Of a stretch of DNA of 43,496 nucleotides, positions 29,878 to 43,496 are shown piece by piece (within the stretch, counting starts at the first letter, position 1; the number at the start of each line of letters is the position of its first letter). The notes beneath the pieces were generated by a model, which had not been told where the DNA came from, ran no database searches, and saw nothing but the letters and a program-made list of their open reading frames with translations. Both the position numbers and the translations under genes were made by a program. This stretch comes from Leptolyngbyaceae cyanobacterium SL_7_1 (lineage in GTDB: Bacteria > Cyanobacteriota > Cyanobacteriia > Elainellales > Elainellaceae), in the NCBI GenBank assembly GCA_012032525.1, contig JAAUSV010000001.1, positions 1-43,496 on the forward strand, in the 5' to 3' direction.

Positions 29878-30356
29878 AAATTCTCAGCCTTCTACGAGTG
29901 TCGATGCTTCAACTATATCGAATGCACCTTGATTGACTCTATGAAACGTCCCAATGGTCGTAACAATTTTCAACAAACCTCCACTTTAAAGGTGTCGAGC
30001 AGGTATTTTCGCCATAAAGTATCAAAAAGCACCAAAAGACATTTTTCTTAACATCCTTTTGAAGGTGGAAGTCTGGGCAAAATCAGCGAATAAACCTTCC
30101 ATCTCCATCGCTTAGCAGTACAAATAATTGAACATAGGATGAACAGTTTTTGAGACCAAGTTTCAGGAGATTGCTGTTACCCAGTTGGATGTTTGGTAGG
30201 GGTGGGCATTCCCCTTGTTAAAGAAAATTATTCAATCTTGTAATTATTCAGACGGAATGTAGGTGATAAAATTTCAGACAAAGACGCAATTTCTTTACTT
30301 ATAAATCCTTTTTGATTTTGACAAAACCCTGCTTGCTTGTCTGCCATTAGGGAATG

Positions 30357-30396
30357 GAGTGATTCAAATCACTCGATAGGGGGATTCCAAATCACT
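30357..30396. promoter_or_regulatory. Operator-like palindrome plus a direct repeat upstream of a small ORF
   Basis: GAGTGATT-ca-AATCACTC (30357-30374) has perfect 8-bp arms. The unit GATTC(C)AAATCACT recurs at 30383-30396, both copies preceded by TAGGG. A partial copy TGATTCACTC is at 30429-30438. Confidence 0.3.
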
Positions 30397-30464
30397 TCCT
30401 CGTGGGTTGAGTCAATGGAAAATTTGGTTGATTCACTCCTATCTCCTTACACGATCGCATTTCT

Positions 30465-30668
30465 ATGAAAACCACCCATATCATCCGCAAATTAGTAGAA
30501 AAAGCGCTTTACACAAAACAGTTAACTCCTGACATCGAGAATGGAATTAACTGCGAGTTAACCCGTTTGGGTTACATTTCTGATGTGGATTATGAAGCGT
30601 TGGAACTGTTGATGTCTGAGATGGACGCCGGACGAATTCGCCTAACTCCCAGCAGCAGCTTTTACTAG
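30465..30668 (+). CDS. Small hypothetical protein (67 aa)
   Basis: ATG-initiated ORF in an otherwise non-coding AT-rich spacer. I recognise no family, and coding status is unproven. Confidence 0.4.
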   Translation: MKTTHIIRKLVEKALYTKQLTPDIENGINCELTRLGYISDVDYEALELLMSEMDAGRIRLTPSSSFY

Positions 30669-30895
30669 GGTGGTATGTCTACCCTAGTATACTGGGCAAC
30701 ATCCGTACAACAGTTGATGCCTAGGCGGGTTGGTAGGGTAAGGTTCTGCGTTGTACAGGCAGCGATCGTTCTAAAACGTAATTAGAAATGTTATAAATAG
30801 TGAAGGTATGTATCAAGGATGATTGTCCGCCAGATTCAGGTTCATCCCTGTACATCCCCAATCGATTGATTAGTAATACTGTAAGGAATAAAGCT

Positions 30896-31176
30896 GTGTC
30901 AGTTGAGGTTATTGAACAACGTTCAACAGCGGGTAAGCTAGCGCCTCGATATCGAGTTCTTCTGCACAACGATGACTACAACTCGATGGAGTACGTGGTT
31001 GAGGTTCTCATTAAGACGGTGGCGAGTCTGACCGTCCCCCAAGCTGTCAGCATTATGATGGAGGCACACACCAATGGGGTTGCCCTCGTGATTACCTGCG
31101 CCCAAGAGCATGCAGAATTCTACAGTGAAACTTTGAATGCCCATGGCTTAGTAGTACGATCGAGCCAGAGGAATAG
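30896..31176 (+). CDS. clpS: ATP-dependent Clp protease adaptor ClpS (about 93 aa). One frame break near the C-terminus.
   Basis: ..KLAPRYRVLLHNDDYNSMEYVVEVLIKTV.SLT.PQAVSIMMEAHTNGVALVITCAQEHAEFY is the canonical ClpS core. A missing A near 31149-31150 restores ..HGLSSTIEPEE* (stop at 31174-31176). The start is assumed at GTG 30896, after AGGA. Confidence 0.85.
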
Positions 31177-31285
31177 GGAGAGACAAGGGTTCTAAGTCTT
31201 TGAGTTAGTTTGTCAAAGAGAGTGTCTGCGACGGGGTGAGGGAACCAGTTTACTAAGGGATGCGCTTCTTACAGCGGAATTGATT

Positions 31286-31672
31286 ATGCTGGGTAGCTTT
31301 CAGCGAAGTAATTTAAGAATCGAGGTTGAAGCGTCCGAAGCAGTGATTCGCGATAGCTTGTTGCGACCCGATTGCTTTCGCCAGTGGTTATGGCCCCAAA
31401 CGTTTTCAGAGGGACTGCCTGAGCAGCTACAGCCCGGCATCATTTTTACAGGATGGGTGGGTCCGATCGCGATTCAGCATAATGTCGAGCTGGCTGAGTT
31501 AAACGCCCTGCGATTACTAATGAGTCAGGGTGTTGATGGCTTCCACGAGTGGTATTGGGGAGAGGGCTGGGTGCAGTCTTGCCTCGAAGGAGTCTCCCTG
31601 TTACCCCTTGGCTTGGGTCAAACCCTCAGCTTGACCCGCCTCCGCCTGTTTCTGGGTTCCAAAACTCCCTAA
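31286..31672 (+). CDS. Hypothetical protein (about 128 aa)
   Basis: Intact ORF with ordinary-looking codon usage. I cannot assign a domain. Confidence 0.4.
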   Translation: MLGSFQRSNLRIEVEASEAVIRDSLLRPDCFRQWLWPQTFSEGLPEQLQPGIIFTGWVGPIAIQHNVELAELNALRLLMSQGVDGFHEWYWGEGWVQSCLEGVSLLPLGLGQTLSLTRLRLFLGSKTP

Positions 31673-31691
31673 TGGATGCATTGAGGGGTGG

Positions 31692-32120
31692 TTAGTTAAG
31701 CTCGTTTTTGATCACCAACACTGAGCAGGGCGCTTCTACAACGACTTGGCTGCTGACTGACCCCTGCAACACTCGATCAAGCCCTGTTAGTCCACGGCTT
31801 CCCATCACAACTAAGTCTGCCTGATAAATGTGCGCAAGCCGGATGATTTCCTCGGCTGGGTCGCCACTAACCACCTCAAGTTGGCTTGGGCACGCCAAAC
31901 TCATTTGATAGGCTTTCAATTGCTCTAGATGGGCACTGGATAGATCTTCTAATTCAGTGACGGGTCGATCGCTGGCAATGTCCAGACTCTCGACAGTTGT
32001 GGGAATGACGTGGGCCAGGATGACGGTAGTCTCCGAAGTGAGGACAAGTTGATGCAATCCACTAACAACCTGCGCGGATCGATCAGATTCATCGATCGCT
32101 ACCAAAACTTTTTTTAACAT
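31692..32120 (-). CDS. Universal stress protein (UspA family)
   Basis: MLKKVLVAIDESDRS...ADLVVMGSRGLTGL...LGSVSSQVV..APCSVLVI is the classic USP fold signature; intact, 142 aa. Confidence 0.8.
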   Translation of the reverse strand: MLKKVLVAIDESDRSAQVVSGLHQLVLTSETTVILAHVIPTTVESLDIASDRPVTELEDLSSAHLEQLKAYQMSLACPSQLEVVSGDPAEEIIRLAHIYQADLVVMGSRGLTGLDRVLQGSVSSQVVVEAPCSVLVIKNELN

Positions 32121-32209
32121 GGTTTTTTGGGGGGCATAGATTGCTTTTCAGATTGCGACTTAGGCGCAATGAAACCGATCGCCACATAATTGCCACATAG
32201 CAGACATGA

Positions 32210-33522
32210 TTAGCCTTCAGTTTCCAATTGGTCTTGGACTCGCAATCGGACTGACTCAGCGTGGGAGTGCAGTCCTTCCGCCGTTGCCAACGTATCAATC
32301 GCCTGTGCTACCGATTGTAGAGCGGCTGGAGAGTAATGGATCAGGCTAGAGTGCTTCATAAATGTTTCTACCCCCAAGGCAGAGGCATAGCGAGCCGAGC
32401 CTGAAGTGGGCAAGGTATGGCTAGGTCCCGCAATGTAATCCCCTACTGCCTCAGGAGTGGAATGCCCCAAAAAGATTGCTCCCGCGTGGCGAATCCCTTC
32501 TAGAAGTGCCCAAGGATCGGCGATCGCCAACTCTAAATGTTCTGGGGCAAATTCATTGGACAACTCCGCCGCAGTTGTCAGCGAATCAACCACCACGACT
32601 AAGCCGTAATGGGCGATCGCCTTCTCGGTTAATAAACGCCGAGGATGATTTAGCAATTGCTCGTCTACTTGAGCGACAACTTGTCGAGCCAACGTCGCAT
32701 CGGTGGTCAACAAAATGGCGGCTGCCATCGAATCGTGCTCTGCCTGGGCAAGCAAATCAGCCGCAAGATAGGTTGGGTTAGCCGTGGAGTCAGCAATGAT
32801 CAACACTTCTGAGGGTCCCGCCAGAGAGTCAATCCCCACGGTGCCATAGACAAACTTTTTAGCAAGGGTGACATAAATGTTGCCAGGTCCCGCCACCACA
32901 TCGACCTTGGGAATAGTCTCGGTGCCGTAGGCAAGGGCGGCGATCGCTTGTGCTCCCCCGACTCGATAGATCTCAGAGACCCCAGCTTCTTGGGCTGCCA
33001 CTAATACGGCTGGATTGACACTCTTATCGGGAGAAGGGGGGGTGGTAATGACAATTCGGGGCACTTGTGCCACCTTCGCCGGAATCGCATTCATAATAAT
33101 GGTGCTGGGATAGCTGCCTGCCCACCTGGAATATAAAGCCCTGCCCGATCGACCGGACTGACTCGTTTCCCCAGTACAACCTCTTGATCACCAAATATTA
33201 CCCAACTGCGAGGAACACGCTGGAGATGAAATGCTTCGACATTCTTACAGGCTAGACGAATGGCATTGAGGAGATCCTTGGAAACCTGCTGGTAAGCAGC
33301 ATCTAACTCGGAACCGCTGACGCGCAACTCGTCCGCTCGTAATGTGACTTGATCGAACTCTTCGGTGTAGTGCAAAAGAGAGCGATCGCCTTTGCGTTTG
33401 ACATCTTGAAGCACCTGCTGAACAGTTGCCTCCTTATGCATCATCTGTTCATCATGAGTGCGATCGCAGATCCGGCGCAACTCAGCTAGTGCCTCAGATC
33501 GTTGAGTAATAATTCGTAGCAT
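32210..33522 (-). CDS. hisD: Histidinol dehydrogenase (about 437 aa). One frame break.
   Basis: ORF 33091-33531 (..RAGLYIPGGQAA) shifts frame at about 33109-33111 (a missing T) to give ..YPSTIIMNAIPAKVAQV... and then ORF 32210-33094 (..AGPGNIYVTLAKK...QAEHD...EHLEL...GDY.AGPSHTLPT). Confidence 0.92.
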
Positions 33523-33676
33523 TGCCACCAAAAGTTGAAAGGCTAAGGGAGGAGAACTGCCAAGGTGAGGAATTCAATGCCATAAAAACAGATATCAAAC
33601 TCCTGACTTCTTTAGCTTAACCTGGATTTTTAGAGGATTATGTATCCCATCAATAGCGGATGGCTGATTTTTTTAG

Positions 33677-34096
<420 letters not shown>

Positions 34097-34166
34097 ACCT
34101 TAATCAATAGGTTTGTAGCCTGGGTATTAAATCGGTTTTGTGGTTCAAGCGTTCCGGTAATCGAGC

Positions 34167-34955
34167 ATGCAACTGGTTGATACCCACGTCCATCTCAATT
34201 TTGATGCATTTCAGCCCGACTTAGACGCTATTGCCCAGCAGTGGCGCGAAGCGGGAGTGGTTCGTTTGGTGCACTCCTGTGTGGACCCAACCGAATTCGA
34301 TGGGATTCGTGCGATTGCCGATCGCTTCCCGGAGTTATCATTTGCGGTGGGGTTACATCCGTTGGATACGGACAAGTGGACCACTCGATCCGCTGAGCAA
34401 ATTTTGGCGCTAGCCAGTTCTGATTCGCGAGTCGTGGCGATCGGCGAGACTGGGTTAGATTTTTACAAAGCCGATAACCACGGGCAGCAGTTCCAAGCGT
34501 TTGAGACCCAGCTCTCGATCGCCCGCCAGTTGGGTCTGCCGGTGATTATCCATTGCCGAGAGGCAGCGGCAGCGATGGCAGATTTACTCAAATCGGTTTG
34601 GCAAAAAAGTGGACGGGTCGCTGGTGTAATGCACTGTTGGAGTGGTACTCCCGAGGAAACCCAGTGGTTCCTCGATCTGGGGTTACACATCAGCTTCAGT
34701 GGAATTGTTACTTTTAAGAATGCAGCTCATGTCCATGAATCCGCCCAGATGGTTCCGACCGATCGCCTACTGATCGAAACTGATTGCCCGTTTTTGGCTC
34801 CGGTGCCCAAGCGAGGCGATCGGCGCAATCAGCCCGCCTACGTTCGCTACGTGGCGGAGCGATTGGCGGTGCTGCGGGGGGTTGCCGTAGAGGCGATCGC
34901 GACTCAAACAACCGAAAATGCTTGTCACCTATTCAATTTGCCCTCTGCGGTTTGA
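34167..34955 (+). CDS. tatD: TatD-family metal-dependent hydrolase (DNase)
   Basis: [15 protein letters not shown]...GETGLDFYK...[25 protein letters not shown]...GVMHCWSG...[12 protein letters not shown]...[16 protein letters not shown]; intact, 262 aa. Confidence 0.88.
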   Translation: MQLVDTHVHLNFDAFQPDLDAIAQQWREAGVVRLVHSCVDPTEFDGIRAIADRFPELSFAVGLHPLDTDKWTTRSAEQILALASSDSRVVAIGETGLDFYKADNHGQQFQAFETQLSIARQLGLPVIIHCREAAAAMADLLKSVWQKSGRVAGVMHCWSGTPEETQWFLDLGLHISFSGIVTFKNAAHVHESAQMVPTDRLLIETDCPFLAPVPKRGDRRNQPAYVRYVAERLAVLRGVAVEAIATQTTENACHLFNLPSAV

Positions 34956-35206
34956 TTTCAACACAACCTAGATAATCTAAGGCATACTAGATAAATATTG
35001 TCAATTGCTTCATCAACAAACCAAAGTGTTCCTTGGTTTGCCAAAGAAGTTGAAAACATTATTAAATTCCATAGCTTAATGATGTTTCATGTCAGTCTAG
35101 TCCCATAGACTAGAAGTATTAGCTTTTGCAAGTCGCCAACCCGCCAGCGATACATTGAAACGCTTAGCACTCAAACTTACACTTTGTTTCTTTCAAATTT
35201 GACATT

Positions 35207-35236
35207 TCAGTCCTCTCAATAGAGGACTGACTTTTT
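35207..35236 (+). terminator. Strong intrinsic terminator in the tatD-rpoB spacer
   Basis: TCAGTCCTCT-caat-AGAGGACTGA (10-bp perfect stem, 35207-35230), followed by c-TTTTT (35232-35236). It lies 250 nt after the tatD stop. Confidence 0.7.
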
Positions 35237-35238
35237 CG

Positions 35239-35267
35239 TTGACAAATAATTCAATATATTGTAGTAT
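35239..35267 (+). promoter_or_regulatory. Candidate rpoB operon promoter
   Basis: TTGACA (35239-35244), a 17-nt spacer, then TAGTAT (35262-35267). GAGGAG (35296-35301) precedes the rpoB ATG at 35306. Confidence 0.45.
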
Positions 35268-35305
35268 CAAGCACCCGCCTTGAGTGCGATCGATCGAGGA
35301 GACGC

Positions 35306-38300
35306 ATGACTAACTTGACTCAATCCACCATCAACTTTACGCTGCCCGACTTAGTTGAAATTCAAAGAGCAAGCTTCCGTTGGTTCCTAGAGGAAGGGTT
35401 AATTGAAGAATTAGACAGTTTTTCCCCTATCACTGACTACACTGGCAAGCTAGAACTCCATTTTCTTGGAAAAAATTACAAGCTCAAGCGTCCCAAATAT
35501 GATGTGGACGAGGCAAAGCGACGAGATAGCACCTACGCTGTCCAGATGTATGTTCCAACCCGCTTGATCAACAAAGAGACAGGGGAGATCAAAGAGCAAG
35601 AGGTATTTATTGGCGATCTGCCGTTGATGACCGATCGGGGTACGTTTATTATTAACGGCGCTGAACGGGTAATCGTCAATCAAATTGTCCGTAGCCCTGG
35701 GGTTTACTACAAAGCGGAAACGGACAAAAACGGACGCCGTACTTACAATGCCAGCTTGATTCCCAACCGCGGTGCTTGGTTAAAGTTTGAAACGGACAAA
35801 AACGACCTGGTCTGGGTGCGGATTGACAAAACCCGTAAATTGTCGGCTCAGGTGCTTCTGAAGGCATTGGGCTTGAGCGATGGGGAAATTTTTGATGAGC
35901 TGCGGCACCCAGAATACTTTCAGAAAACCATTGAGAAAGAGGGGCAGTTTAGCGAAGAAGAAGCGCTGATGGAGCTATACCGTAAGCTCCGTCCTGGGGA
36001 ACCTCCTACCGTATCAGGCGGGCAGCAGTTGCTCGACTCGCGATTTTTGATCCCAAGCGCTACGACTTGGGACGAGTTGGACGTTACAAGCTCAACCGCA
36101 AACTCAGACTGAGCGTACCTGAAGCCACTCGTATCTTGACGCCTAAAGATATTTTGGCAGCGATCGACTACCTGATTAACCTGGAGTACGACATCGGCAA
36201 CGTCGATGATATCGATCACCTGGGCAATCGTCGAGTTCGCTCGGTCGGGGAATTGCTACAAAATCAGGTGCGGGTTGGCTTAAACCGTCTAGAGCGGATC
36301 ATTCGAGAGCGCATGACTGTATCGGATGCAGATTCCCTCACTCCCGCATCGTTGGTCAACCCCAAGCCGTTAGTGGCAGCGATCAAGGAATTTTTGGGTC
36401 ATCTCAGCTTTCCCAGTTTATGGATCAAACCAATCCCCTCGCTGAGTTGACCCACAAGCGCCGACTCAGTGCTCTGGGTCCGGGTGGGTTAACCCGTGAA
36501 CGAGCGGGCTTCGCGGTGCGAGATATTCACCCCTCCCACTATGGACGTATTTGTCCGATCGAGACTCCGGAAGGTCCTAATGCGGGTTTGATTGGTTCGT
36601 TGGCAACCCACGCACGGGTTAATGCCTACGGCTTTATCGAAACTCCTTTCTACCCAGTTGAAAACGGGCGAGTCCAAAAGGATTCCCCTCCCCTCTACAT
36701 GACGGCGGATGAGGAAGACGATCTGCGAGTTGCACCGGGGGATATCCCAGTCAATGAAGATCGTTACATTATGGGGGATCAAGTTCCTGTACGCTATCGG
36801 CAAGACTTTACGACCACAACTCCAATTGAGGTGGACTATGTAGCTGTCTCGCCAGTGCAAATTATTTCGGTGGCAACATCCCTGATTCCGTTCCTGGAGC
36901 ATGACGATGCTAACCGAGCGCTGATGGGTTCTAACATGCAACGGCAGGCAGTGCCCTTGCTCCGACCAGAGCGCCCCTTAGTGGGAACAGGGTTGGAGGC
37001 TCAGGCAGCACGAGATTCTGGCATGGTCATTGTTAGTCGATTTGACGGGGAAGTTACCTATGTGGATGCCAGCCGGATTCGAGTGCGCAGTGAAGAGGGA
37101 CGAGAGCAGGAATATTTGATTCAAAAGTACCAGCGATCGAACCAAGATACTTGCCTCAATCAACGTCCGATTGTGTTTGCGGGCGATCGGGTATTGGCAG
37201 GTCAGATCCTCGCCGATGGCTCGGCTACTGAAGGTGGTGAAATCGCTTTGGGACAAAATGTCACCGTGGCATACATGCCCTGGGAAGGCTACAACTACGA
37301 AGACGCCATCTTGATCAGTGAGCGCTTGGTTTACGACGATGTTTACACCTCAATTCACATTGAGAAGTACGAAATCGAAGCCCGGCAGACCAAGCTCGGA
37401 CCTGAAGAGATTACGCGAGAGATTCCGAACGTCGGGGAAGATGCGTTGCGTCAGTTGGATGAGACGGGCATTATCCGCATCGGTGCCTGGGTAGAATCGG
37501 GAGACATTCTGGTTGGTAAGGTGACGCCCAAGGGTGAGTCAGATCAACCTCCAGAAGAGAAACTGCTCCGTGCCATCTTTGGTGAAAAGGCGCGGGATGT
37601 GCGCGATAACTCCCTGCGAGTCCCCAATGGTGAGAAGGGACGGGTGGTAGACGTCCGGGTGTTTACCCGTGAGCAGGGCGATGAGTTGCCGCCAGGAGCC
37701 AACATGGTGGTGCGAGTCTATGTGGCTCAAAAGCGCAAGATCCAGGTGGGCGACAAAATGGCGGGACGCCACGGCAACAAGGGGATTATTTCTCGAATTC
37801 TGTCGATTGAAGACATGCCCTATTTGCCCGATGGTAGTCCGGTTGACATTGTGCTTAACCCCTTGGGGGTGCCGTCTCGGATGAATGTAGGTCAGGTGTT
37901 TGAGTGTCTCTTGGGCTGGGCAGGGGAAAATCTGGGGGTTCGATTTAAGATGACCCCGTTTGATGAGATGCATGGCGAGGAAGCTTCGCGTCTGACTACC
38001 CATGCCAAGCTGATGGAGGCACGGGAAATGACCGGGCGTGGTTGGGTGTTTGACCCAGAGAATCCGGGCAAAATCCAGGTGTTTGATGGTCGCAGTGGAG
38101 AACCCTTCGATCGCCCGGTCACGGTGGGTAAAGCCTACATGCTAAAACTGGTGCACTTGGTGGATGATAAGATCCACGCTCGCTCGACGGGTCCCTACTC
38201 GTTGGTAACTCAGCAACCCCTGGGGGGTAAGGCGCAGCAAGGTGGACAGCGCTTCGGGGAAATGGAAGTGTGGGCGCTAGAAGCCTTTGGTGCAGCCTAT

Positions 38301-38603
38301 ATCCTCCAAGAACTGCTGACAGTAAAATCGGACGATATGCAGGGACGTAATGAGGCGTTGAATGCGATCGTCAAGGGCAAGGCGATTCCCCGTCCGGGCA
38401 CACCAGAGTCTTTTAAGGTGTTGATGCGAGAGTTGCAATCCCTCTGTTTAGATATTGCTGCCCACAAGCTGGAAACTCGTGAAGACGGCACCAGTCGTGA
38501 TGTCGAAATCGACCTAATGGCGGATGTGGGTGCTCGTCGTACGCCTTCCCGCCCCACCTACGAGTCCATTTCTCGCGATGAGATGGAAGAAGTCGAAGAA
38601 TAG
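35306..38603 (+). CDS. rpoB: DNA-directed RNA polymerase beta subunit (about 1099 aa). Two frame breaks.
   Basis: ORFs 35306-36112, 36067-36450 and 36420-38603 join as ..QQLLDSRFF|[19 protein letters not shown].. (T5 run 36044-36048, should be T6) and ..AAIKEFF|[32 protein letters not shown].. (T5 run 36391-36395, should be T6). Confidence 0.97.
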
Positions 38604-38613
38604 TGGCTCCCAT

Positions 38614-38653
38614 AGACAACAGGCGGTGCGCGATCGGGCATTGTCTGTTGTCT
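38614..38653 (+). other. rpoB-rpoC1 intergenic hairpin
   Basis: AGACAACAG (38614-38622) pairs with CTGTTGTCT (38645-38653), with a 22-nt loop containing a near-HIP1 core. Confidence 0.3.
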
Positions 38654-38698
38654 GTGCTCTGAAATATTCATATCCCATTGATCAAGGAAGTATGTGTG

Positions 38699-40566
<1,868 letters not shown>

Positions 40567-40678
40567 TGGGTGATGGATTGGGACTACGAGTGAAAACCGA
40601 AATGCATGGTCCAGTGCATTGGTTTAGGGCGATCGCAACACTAAGCACACTGTTGGTTACTTAAGGGCGGAGATTCAG

Positions 40679-43496
40679 ATGGAAGAACAAAATGCAGTTC
40701 AAAAGCCCGACCATAAGGCAACGTTTTACAACCGCATTGTTGGAAAAAAACAACTGCGGGATTTGATTGCCTGGGCATTCACCCATTACGGAACAGCGCG
40801 AACCGCCCAGATGGCGGATTTGCTAAAAGACATGGGATTCCGCTTTGCCACACGGGCAGGGGTGTCCATTAGTGTGGATGATCTACAAGTTCCCCCGACA
40901 AAGCGAGAACTTTTAAAGGCGGCTGAAGAAGAAATTCGAGCCACCGAAACTCGTTATACCCGTGGTGAAATCACTGAAGTGGAGCGATTTCAGAAGGTAA
41001 TTGATACGTGGCATGGCACCAATGAAGAATTAAAAGACGAGATGGTGTCTAACTTCAGAACCAATAACCCTCTCAATTCGGTCTACATGATGATGAATTC
41101 GGGGGCACGAGGAAATATCTCCCAGGTGCGTCAATTGGTGGGAATGCGGGGATTGATGGCAAATCCCCAAGGGGAAATTATCGACTTGCCCATCAAAACC
41201 AACTTTCGTGAGGGATTGACAGTTACAGAGTATATTATTTCCTCCTACGGTGCTCGCAAGGGATTGGTTGATACTGCACTACGGACGGCAGACTCTGGTT
41301 ACCTTACCCGACGACTGGTGGATGTGTCCCAGGATGTAATTATCCGGGAGATTGATTGCGGAACTCAACGGGGCGTTCCTGTCCACAGCATGACAGATGG
41401 GGAACGGGTTCTGATTCCCCTGAAGGATCGGTTGTTGGGTCGAGTAGTGGCGGAGGATGTCCTGCATCCAGAGACCGGAGAGGTGGTTATTCCTCGCAAT
41501 CAACCGATCTCTGGGGATATGGCAAAGCTCGTGGGCAAGTTGAAGATTGAAGAAATCATCGTGCGGTCGCCCCTCACCTGTGAAGCCACGCGATCGGTTT
41601 GTCAGTCCTGTTATGGCTGGAGCCTTGCCCATGCGTCGCTAGTAGATATGGGAGAAGCGGTAGGTATCATTGCTGCCCAATCGATTGGGGAGCCGGGTAC
41701 CCAGCTCACCATGCGCACGTTCCACACGGGCGGTACGTTCACAGGTGAACTAGCACCCCAGGTTCGTGCGTCGTTTGCTGGCAAGGTGCAGTTGAAGCCC
41801 AAGCAGTTCCGCTCTCGCTCCTTCCGCACTCGCCATGGGGAAGAGGCATTGATCGTGGAAGTACCCGTAGACATTACCATTGAGGCAGCCGATGGACAAA
41901 AACATACCGTTTCCATCCCACCTAGCTCAATCCTATTTGCCCGTGATGGCAGTTCGGTAAAGCTGGGGCAAATTCTTGCTGAGATGGCGGTGACGGGTCG
42001 GGTCCGCAAGGTGACTGAGAAGGCAGCTAAGGATGTGGCATCTGACTTGGCTGGGGAAGTCAAATTCTCTGAATTAGTCCCGGAGGAGAAGAAGGATCGC
42101 CAAGGCAACACTACCCGCATCGCTCAGCGGGGTGGTTTGATCTGGATTCTGTCTGGGGAGGTCTACAACCTGCCACCGGGTGCAGAACCTGTGGTTAAAA
42201 ATGGCGATCAGGTCGAATCTACCAGCATCCTGGCAGAGACGAAGCTAATCACGGAGCATGGAGGGACAGTGCGGTTGCCCCAAGCAGTCGAGGGCAAAGG
42301 TGGACGAGAGGTGGAAATTATTACTGCTTCTGTTCTACTCGACCAAGCTCGTGTTGTGGCGGAAAGCCGCCAAGGTCGGGAGCACTACGTCATTGAAACT
42401 CAGTACAATCAGCGATTTTCGTTGATTGCAACACCCGGAACCAAGGTGTCTAATAGCCAGGTGGTGGCGGAGTTGATTGACGATCGCTACCATACCCAAA
42501 CAGGGGGCATCATTAAATATTCTGGGGTAGAAGTTGTCAAACGTGGCAAAACCAAAGAGGGCTACGAAGTCATCACTGGCGGCACTCTGCTGTGGATCCC
42601 AGAAGAGTCCCACGAGGTAAACAAAGATATTTCACTGCTACTTGTCGAAGATGGTCAATATGTCGAGGTAGGCACGGAGGTCGTCAAGGACATCTTCTGC
42701 CAAAGCAATGGGGTGGTAGAGGTCACTCAAAAGAACGACATTTTGCGAGAGATCGTGATCAAACCCGGTGAACTGCACATGGCAGACAACCCCGAAATGG
42801 TCATGGGTAGGGATGCGACGATCGTCAGCCCCGGTCAAGAGGTCATGCCAGGGTTAAGCTCACCTGACCTGCGCTATGTTGAATACGTGGAAACCCCCGA
42901 AGGTCCAGCCGTTCTCCTTCGTCCGGTGACCGAGTTCCATGTCCCTGATGAGCCTTCGGTGCCCAGTCAGGAGTCCAACAAGGAAGAGTCCACCCGTTCC
43001 ATCCGCTTGAGAGCCGTTCAACGGATTCGCCACAAAGATGGAGAACGGGTTAAATCCGTTGAGGGACTGGAGTTATTACGGACTCAACTGGTGTTAGAAA
43101 TTGATGATGATGCTCCTCAGTTGGCAGCAGATATTGAATTGGTGCCTGATGAGACCGATCCAGAGGTGATGCGTTTGCAACTCGTCATCTTAGAATCGCT
43201 AGTGATCCGGCGAGATGTGTCGGCAGATCAAACCCAAGGGAGTACGCTAACCCGCTTGTTAGTGCAGGACGGTGACCAAATTGCTCCCGGTGCGGTTGTT
43301 GCTCGCACAGAAATCCAGTGTAAAGAGGCGGGTGAGGTTCGCGGAATCCGGGAAGGAGCAGAGGCAATTCGCCGGGTTTTGATTGTGCGAGATGTTGATT
43401 TGCTTAAAAATTCCCACTTCTGGAAAAGCTCCAACGGTTCACGTGGGCGATCTGATTGTGGCAGGTGGCGCAATCGCTCCGGGTGCTTTTGCTGAA
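40679..43496 (+). CDS. rpoC2: DNA-directed RNA polymerase beta-prime subunit (C-terminal half), 3'-partial at the window edge. One frame break.
   Basis: ..[12 protein letters not shown]...[60 protein letters not shown]...[16 protein letters not shown], then the long lineage-specific insertion. An extra A in the A5 run 43406-43410 shifts the frame. The corrected frame reads ..[30 protein letters not shown] and continues off the window. Confidence 0.96.

Noticed and set aside
30800-30895. N-terminal 32-codon extension of the clpS ORF (start at 30800)
   Set aside because: ClpS homologues begin close to the ..VIEQRST.. region. GTG 30896 has an AGGA 9 nt upstream, whereas the extension is Cys/Asp/Pro-rich and unlike ClpS.

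Overview
This is a cyanobacterial chromosomal core segment. The HIP1 octamer GCGATCGC occurs about 37 times by eye, against fewer than 1 expected by chance, and rpoC is split into rpoC1 and rpoC2. The window is roughly 85-90% coding and almost entirely housekeeping. In order, the genes are:
- a cysteine-synthase-family enzyme
- a DUF2079 membrane protein
- a PPC+CAP protein
- a GGCT-like protein
- an HI0933/BaiN-like flavoprotein
- an Amidase_2 cell-wall amidase
- pdhB
- ferredoxin-type glutamate synthase (glsF)
- an AMIN + phosphodiester-glycosidase protein
- a ManC-type cupin
- a HesB/IscA protein
- the str operon (rpsL-rpsG-fusA-tuf-rpsJ)
- a LON-N domain protein
- pheA
- DUF1997
- a fused radical-SAM/DUF2344 gene followed by rne-rnhB
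- a small ORF
- clpS
- a hypothetical ORF
- a USP
- hisD
- rpsT-tatD
- rpoB-rpoC1-rpoC2 (rpoC2 runs off the 3' end)

I found no rRNA, tRNA, CRISPR array, transposase or integrase.

The most striking property is probably technical. At least 18 single-base reading-frame breaks, most of them in short homopolymer runs, interrupt 13 highly conserved genes, including rpoB (twice), rpoC1, rpoC2, fusA, glsF (twice), rne, hisD and pdhB. Each is repaired by a 1-nt edit, so I read them as uncorrected assembly indels, not pseudogenes.

I see no convincing novel multi-gene system. The best biological leads are:
- the uncharacterised radical-SAM/DUF2344 fusion sitting directly upstream of rne-rnhB
- an AMIN-domain/phosphodiester-glycosidase fusion
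- a perfect 26-bp HIP1-centred palindrome exactly at one glsF frame break
- an orphan intrinsic terminator in the tatD-rpoB spacer
- operator-like repeats in a 590-bp AT-rich spacer
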